A stretch of DNA of 62,859 nt, filler included. It is 12 parts of 12 records of this genome, joined end to end, with 100 filler letters (N's around TTAATTAATTAA, not from the genome) between each part and the next. Parts side by side here need not be neighbours in the genome. Positions count along the whole stretch, not along the records: positions 58,554 to 62,859 come from SRR7504441_6250; 11 more parts are not named here. One strand, 5' to 3'. The position numbers and the translations under genes are program-made. The notes below the pieces were generated by a model that did not search any database, had not been told where the DNA came from, and was given only the letters and a program-made list of their open reading frames with translations. Positions 58,554 through 62,859 of this stretch are shown here, piece by piece. Each line of letters opens with the position of its first letter. Position 1 is the stretch's first letter.

Positions 58554-59557
58554 TCGTGCACGGCCACGATCAGCCAGTACCCGGCCTACGCTACGGCGTT
58601 TCCAGTTTACCCGTCCATCACCGGCTCGGTCCAAGTAACCACAGCCGGCGACCTGAACGCGCCGGGGTGAGAGCGGTCTCTCTGGGGCTGACCGGCCGGC
58701 AGGTACGGGACAACTCTCCGGCTGAGCTACGAGCTGGCCGAGACCCAGCCCGACTGCGTCAACTGCGGGCTGCACATGCACGTCGGGGTGACCTGCGAGC
58801 AGGCCGCTTTCGTCGGGCCGCACTACTATGCCACCAGCGCGTACGATCCCTGGAGCTCGGCCTACGGCGCCATGTACAGCTCCAACGACGCCGGGACCGC
58901 TCAGGGCCAGTTCACCATCGAGGTCGGGCTGCCGGAGGACGCGATGGTGGGCAGCCCCCGGGGTGGCGGCCGGGAGCCGCGGGGGGCAGTACGGGCGGGC
59001 GGTGGTGATCCACGGCTCGGGCGGGGGGGCTGACCGGATCGGGTGCGGAATCTGCTACGAGGACAACGTGGACCGGGAGCAGCACGGGATGACAACGGAC
59101 GACTGGATCGCGATCACTTGCTCTGTTTGGGTGGCCGGTGTGCTGATGGGAGCCGCTATCTTGTACATTGTGTATGGCACCTCACTCTGCTCAGAGCCTT
59201 GCTGCCCATGGCGCGAACGGTGGTGCTCCTCAAAGCCGGCCGACCAGCCCGAGGAGAAGACTGAACTCAGGTGCGGCCGGCCCGGGCGTTGTGAGCGGTG
59301 GCAGCGACTCGCCGGAGGTGATCACCCAGAATGCGATCGCCGAGGAGAATCCCGGTGACAGCCTGCAAGCCGCCCGTAGGCTGACTGGAGCGGAAGAGGT
59401 GAGCCCAGAAGAGCAGCATGAGCAAGAGGAGCTCAGCCCCGTGAGCCCGGAGCAGCAGCACGAGCATGAAGACCTCAGTCTCCCGGTGATGGATGACCGG
59501 ACAGAGATGGCCAGCTCGTACGAACGCAAGCATACTGACAAGCTGCCGCCGGTGTGA
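58554..59557 (+). CDS. Membrane-anchored Cu/Zn-SOD-fold protein lacking Zn ligands, 5' truncated, 3 introns
   Basis: GLHMH..C...VGPHYY, GRAVVIH, DRIGCG, then TM WIAITCSVWVAGVLMGAAILYIVYG and an acidic tail. Confidence 0.75.
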
Positions 59558-59857
59558 TGACTTTCCCATGGCCAAAGCATTCCTAGATGACTTCGGAGTG
59601 CATGGAGTGGCCTCATTGAGGATTGAAGACGACAAAATGTGTACGAGTCCTGAGACCGATAGTTCCGATATTGTAGTTACGGGACAATTTACAAATCAAT
59701 AAGACGGATCTATAGCTTTGAATTCGCTTCCAGTATTCCACCGGTTATGTGGGCTAGGCTCGACTGTCCGAATACATGTAGTTATATATCGCTTTCTAGT
59801 ATTCCACCAGGAACAATCATGGCGCAAACCGCACAGCCAGCCCGAAGGCTCCGGGCA

Positions 59858-61075
59858 TCACGATTCGGCTGTGGCCTCGCCGGGCTGGTCGCCCGGGCCT
59901 AGCATGTCCGGCAGCAGCCGCAGCACGGCCCTGGTGCCCATAGGCATCTGACACAGCCCCAGCCGCTCACAGATCGACAGCGGCGGCCACCAGCGGTGGT
60001 TGTGGGAGCCCTGCCCATGGTTGGGCGCCGCGAACCAGCGCCAGCCGCTGGCTTCGCATCGGTCCCACGAGCCGTACGCCGCGCGCAGCTTATTGAGCAG
60101 CTGCTGCGACTGGACGGCCCAGCCAGCCTCCGGCCCGTGCCGCTCGCACGCCCGGCAACCAAACTCGGAGAAGCAATAGGTCCGGCGCGCCTCCCACCGG
60201 CCCAACGGCAGCCCTGCGCTCTGGGCCAGCCAGTGCGGGTGGGCTCGGCCGTCGCCCCGCGAGTGGCCCGGAGGCTGCTGAGGTCCCAGGTGAGGCTTGA
60301 GCGCCTCTAGCATAAGCGTTCCGTGCTGCGCCAGCCGCCGATCGGAGATGCCCCAGACCCCTCTGAGCTGATCGAGCGTGCGCACCTTGCACCGGACCAT
60401 CTGGACCAGCGTGCGGTTGTGTGCCACCACGCAAGGGTTATTGTACCCCAGCTCCCGCCCGCGGGCCCGCTTCCACTCTCGAAGCGCCTCGAAAGCTGGC
60501 CGCTCCTCTGGCTGGAGCTGTGCTTCGCTCACCGGCAGCCCGGCCTCGGCCAGCTGGCTGTAGGCCGCGAGCATTGAGGCCCCGTGCAGCCGAACCCTCT
60601 CCGACGAAAGCCCCCAGAGCCCCCCGAGCTCGGACAGGCTGGCCGGCCGGGCCCTGGCCAGCTCGTACAGGCTCCGGTTGTGGCACACCACGAACGGGTT
60701 CCGGTAGCCCTTGGCCTTTGCCCGGGCCCGCTTCCACTCGATCAGCCCAAAGTAGATCCTGCGGTCCTCCGGCCCTAGCTCGCGCTCCCAGCTCGGACCC
60801 CCGCCCCCCGGCGCTGCGGGCTGCAGGGCCGACTCCGGCGGTGTGACCTCGGCCAGTGCCTGGGGCTCCGCTGGGGCATCCTGACCGGCCGAGCGGCGGG
60901 TGGTGCGGACGGCGGTGCGGGCGGGCGTCCTGGGCTTTGGAGGCCGCTTGGAGGGTGGCTTGGAGGGCGGCTCGGGGACGGGCGAGTGGATGCCGAGCTC
61001 GGCCAGCTTGCGCTTGTTCCGCTCGATCCGGGCCAGCCGGGCCTGCTCGTACGGCCCGAGCTGCTCGCCTGGCAT
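59858..61075 (-). CDS. Tandem HRDC-domain protein
   Basis: Two copies of L.EWKRAR....GY.NP.VV.HNR.L...R....L..L.G.WG.S..R...HG..ML; N-terminal YEQARLARIERNKRKLAELGI; start 61075 or 61132. Confidence 0.8.
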   Translation of the reverse strand: MPGEQLGPYEQARLARIERNKRKLAELGIHSPVPEPPSKPPSKRPPKPRTPARTAVRTTRRSAGQDAPAEPQALAEVTPPESALQPAAPGGGGPSWERELGPEDRRIYFGLIEWKRARAKAKGYRNPFVVCHNRSLYELARARPASLSELGGLWGLSSERVRLHGASMLAAYSQLAEAGLPVSEAQLQPEERPAFEALREWKRARGRELGYNNPCVVAHNRTLVQMVRCKVRTLDQLRGVWGISDRRLAQHGTLMLEALKPHLGPQQPPGHSRGDGRAHPHWLAQSAGLPLGRWEARRTYCFSEFGCRACERHGPEAGWAVQSQQLLNKLRAAYGSWDRCEASGWRWFAAPNHGQGSHNHRWWPPLSICERLGLCQMPMGTRAVLRLLPDMLGPGDQPGEATAES

Positions 61076-61102
61076 CGCGCGACTGCCGGTCTCGCCAGAT
61101 TC

Positions 61103-61109
61103 TAACGGA
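61103..61109. promoter_or_regulatory. YAACGGA motif in divergent promoter
   Basis: TAACGGA between ATGs at 61075(-) and 61184(+). Confidence 0.45.
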
Positions 61110-61183
61110 CTTCGGCCTTTCCCGGGTGGCATTTGGGAGGGCGTAATCGACTGTTTAGATGTCGAGTTCAGGCACAGGATCGC

Positions 61184-61826
61184 ATGGCCGAGTGTACAGC
61201 TGGCACCCCCGACGGCCGACCCTCCCAGTCCGCCCCATCGGGCCTCTTCCCCGGCCCCCATCTGGACCAAGTCAGCGGGCCGCCACCGGCCGAGGCAGCG
61301 GCGCCTGGACGCAAGCGGCGGCGAGCAACTGGCGGGATGCGGGTGTGTTTTGATTTGATGGAAATGCTCACTGAGCGCCGGGACGGGCCGTTCGCGTACG
61401 TCGGGTTGGTGGACCACGTGGCATTCAATTTGCCCGGGCGCGTCGTCGGGCGGCCAATGGACCTTCGGACAGTCTGGCGGCGACTCGATAGCGACCAATA
61501 CTCTGGTGGCCCGCACTGCTAGTGGCGCGTGAGCCTGTCCAGGTGTGGACGAATGGGCAGCGGACGTCCGACTTACCTTCCGGAACGCCGGCCTGTACCG
61601 GCCAGCGGGCCATTTCGTGAGCCAGGCGGCCGCGCAGCTCTTAGAGGCGTTCGAGGGCTTGCTGCTTCAGATGACCGAGCAGCCCGCGCTGTCGCCCGCT
61701 TGTCCTCGATCGGGGGGAAAGGCTGGTCGGCCACGCAAGTCGATGGCGATCGATCAGAGCGGCTGCAGGAGCGGCTGCAGGCCGCAGCAAGTGCATCTGG
61801 CGCTCGTGACAGCTAGTGACGGGTAG
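61184..61826 (+). CDS. Small bromodomain protein, 1 intron
   Basis: GPF...RPMDLRTVWRRL...YSG|VDEWAADVRLTFRNAGLY.P; 37-nt GT-AG intron. Confidence 0.8.
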
Positions 61827-61968
61827 TCAGTCCTACCCACAGTTCTATAAAGTATTTAGTAAGTGTTTACAGCAGTAGACAATTGATTGTTGATAAATCA
61901 CTCATGAGCTTAGAACGATTAGCATGGCAAACTTGTCTACCCATACTCATGCAATGCGCCAGACGGGA

Positions 61969-62735
61969 TCACTGGAGCGCGTCCATCTGCTCCTGGATGG
62001 TCTCGAGGTCGTTGAACAGCTTGGACAGCTTCTCATGCCCTAGCTCCAAAAGCAGCCGCTCGCTCCCACCCTCCGGCCGCCTGAGCCCCAGGTGCAACAC
62101 ACCCACCGGCTCCCTCCGCTCGGCCGAGCCGCTGTCGGCCACTCGCACGTGCAGGTCCCAGTTGACCGTTTCGAGCGCCGTGCTCCCCCCCAGGCTCTTG
62201 TCGCGCAGCCCGGTCAGGGCCCCGGCCGAGCCCTCGACCCATACCGCCTCCAGCACCGCAACTCGAGCCGGCGACAGCCCGGTCTCGGCCAACGGACCTG
62301 CCTACGGCTCGCACACGCCTGCCTGGCCCCGCACCCTCCAAACTGGCCTGGCCCTCGTAGGCTGCGCGCTCGAACAAGTAGGCGCACCCGTCGAGCACTG
62401 CCGCCACCCTGAGCAGCCCGGGGCCGGGCGCGGACACCGGAGTCGAGCCCGGCGGGGGGCAGGCCGAGCATCTCCATCAGCTTGGCCCGCTCCTGCTCGC
62501 TGAACGGCCCAGCCTCCTGCGCCAGGCTCGGGGGCCGGGTGCGGGCGGGGGAGGTACCTCCGGCAGGCTGCTGAGCACGCGCTGGGCGATCGGCTGGAGA
62601 GTGGCGTCGGGGATCTCGTTGAGCAGCCCCACCAGCTCAGCCAGACTGCCCCCCACCCTCCAACCTGCCGCCCGGGCCGGCCCACCGAGAGGTCTTGGCG
62701 AAGAGAGGAGGCTCGCCCGGAGCTTGTTCGGCCAT
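61969..62735 (-). CDS. COMMD10: COMM domain protein, COMMD10-like, several introns
   Basis: LETVNWDLHV...PVGVLHLGL...LLLELGHEKLSKLFNDLETIQEQMDAL; N-terminal FSEQE.AKL and YLFERAAY. Confidence 0.85.
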
Positions 62736-62740
62736 GGGAG

Positions 62741-62747
62741 TCCGTTG
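62741..62747. promoter_or_regulatory. YAACGGA motif upstream of COMMD10
   Basis: TCCGTTG immediately 5' of the predicted ATG at 62735. Confidence 0.4.
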
Positions 62748-62859
62748 CCAGGCTATGGTGCGGCTCCAGGCTGCTGTGCTCGTCCTTTGGGGGGCGGCGG
62801 CCTGCAGGGACTCGGCCCATCTCAACTGCACCGACCTCGTGCGGGAGCGGGGCTGCGAC

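Overview
This is eukaryotic, gene-dense DNA from an unidentified protist, not a prokaryotic locus. It consists of 12 unrelated contigs joined by artificial 100-nt N/TTAATTAATTAA/N spacers. Most apparent ORF fragmentation comes from very short spliceosomal introns: mostly 35-50 nt, GC-rich, with no polypyrimidine tract, and about 12 of the ~65 I could place use a GC donor. After manual splicing I recover about 38 genes or gene fragments. These include a BRCT-SAP-BRCT ATP-dependent DNA ligase, La/DUF3223 protein, giant EF-hand protein, elongase, lipase, ADE2 (PurK-PurE), ROK fructokinase, kinase-3xTIR, TBC GAP, pLGIC, DENN, AATF, Cu-SOD-like membrane protein, tandem HRDC protein, bromodomain protein and COMMD10. 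Five signals stand out. (1) One gene carries three related 41-47 nt introns, two of them 37/41 identical in different phases, and many other introns are built from copies of adjacent sequence, suggesting active micro-intron gain. (2) A degenerate pyruvate-kinase barrel is fused in frame to an animal-type phosphomevalonate kinase. (3) A GDP-mannose-epimerase-like SDR appears spliced in frame to a DegT-type sugar aminotransferase. (4) Gene orientation alternates almost strictly (23 of 26 neighbour pairs). (5) A Myb-like YAACGG(A) motif recurs in the ~100-bp divergent promoters and is densely repeated inside introns of one contig. All gene models are manual and lack transcript evidence.
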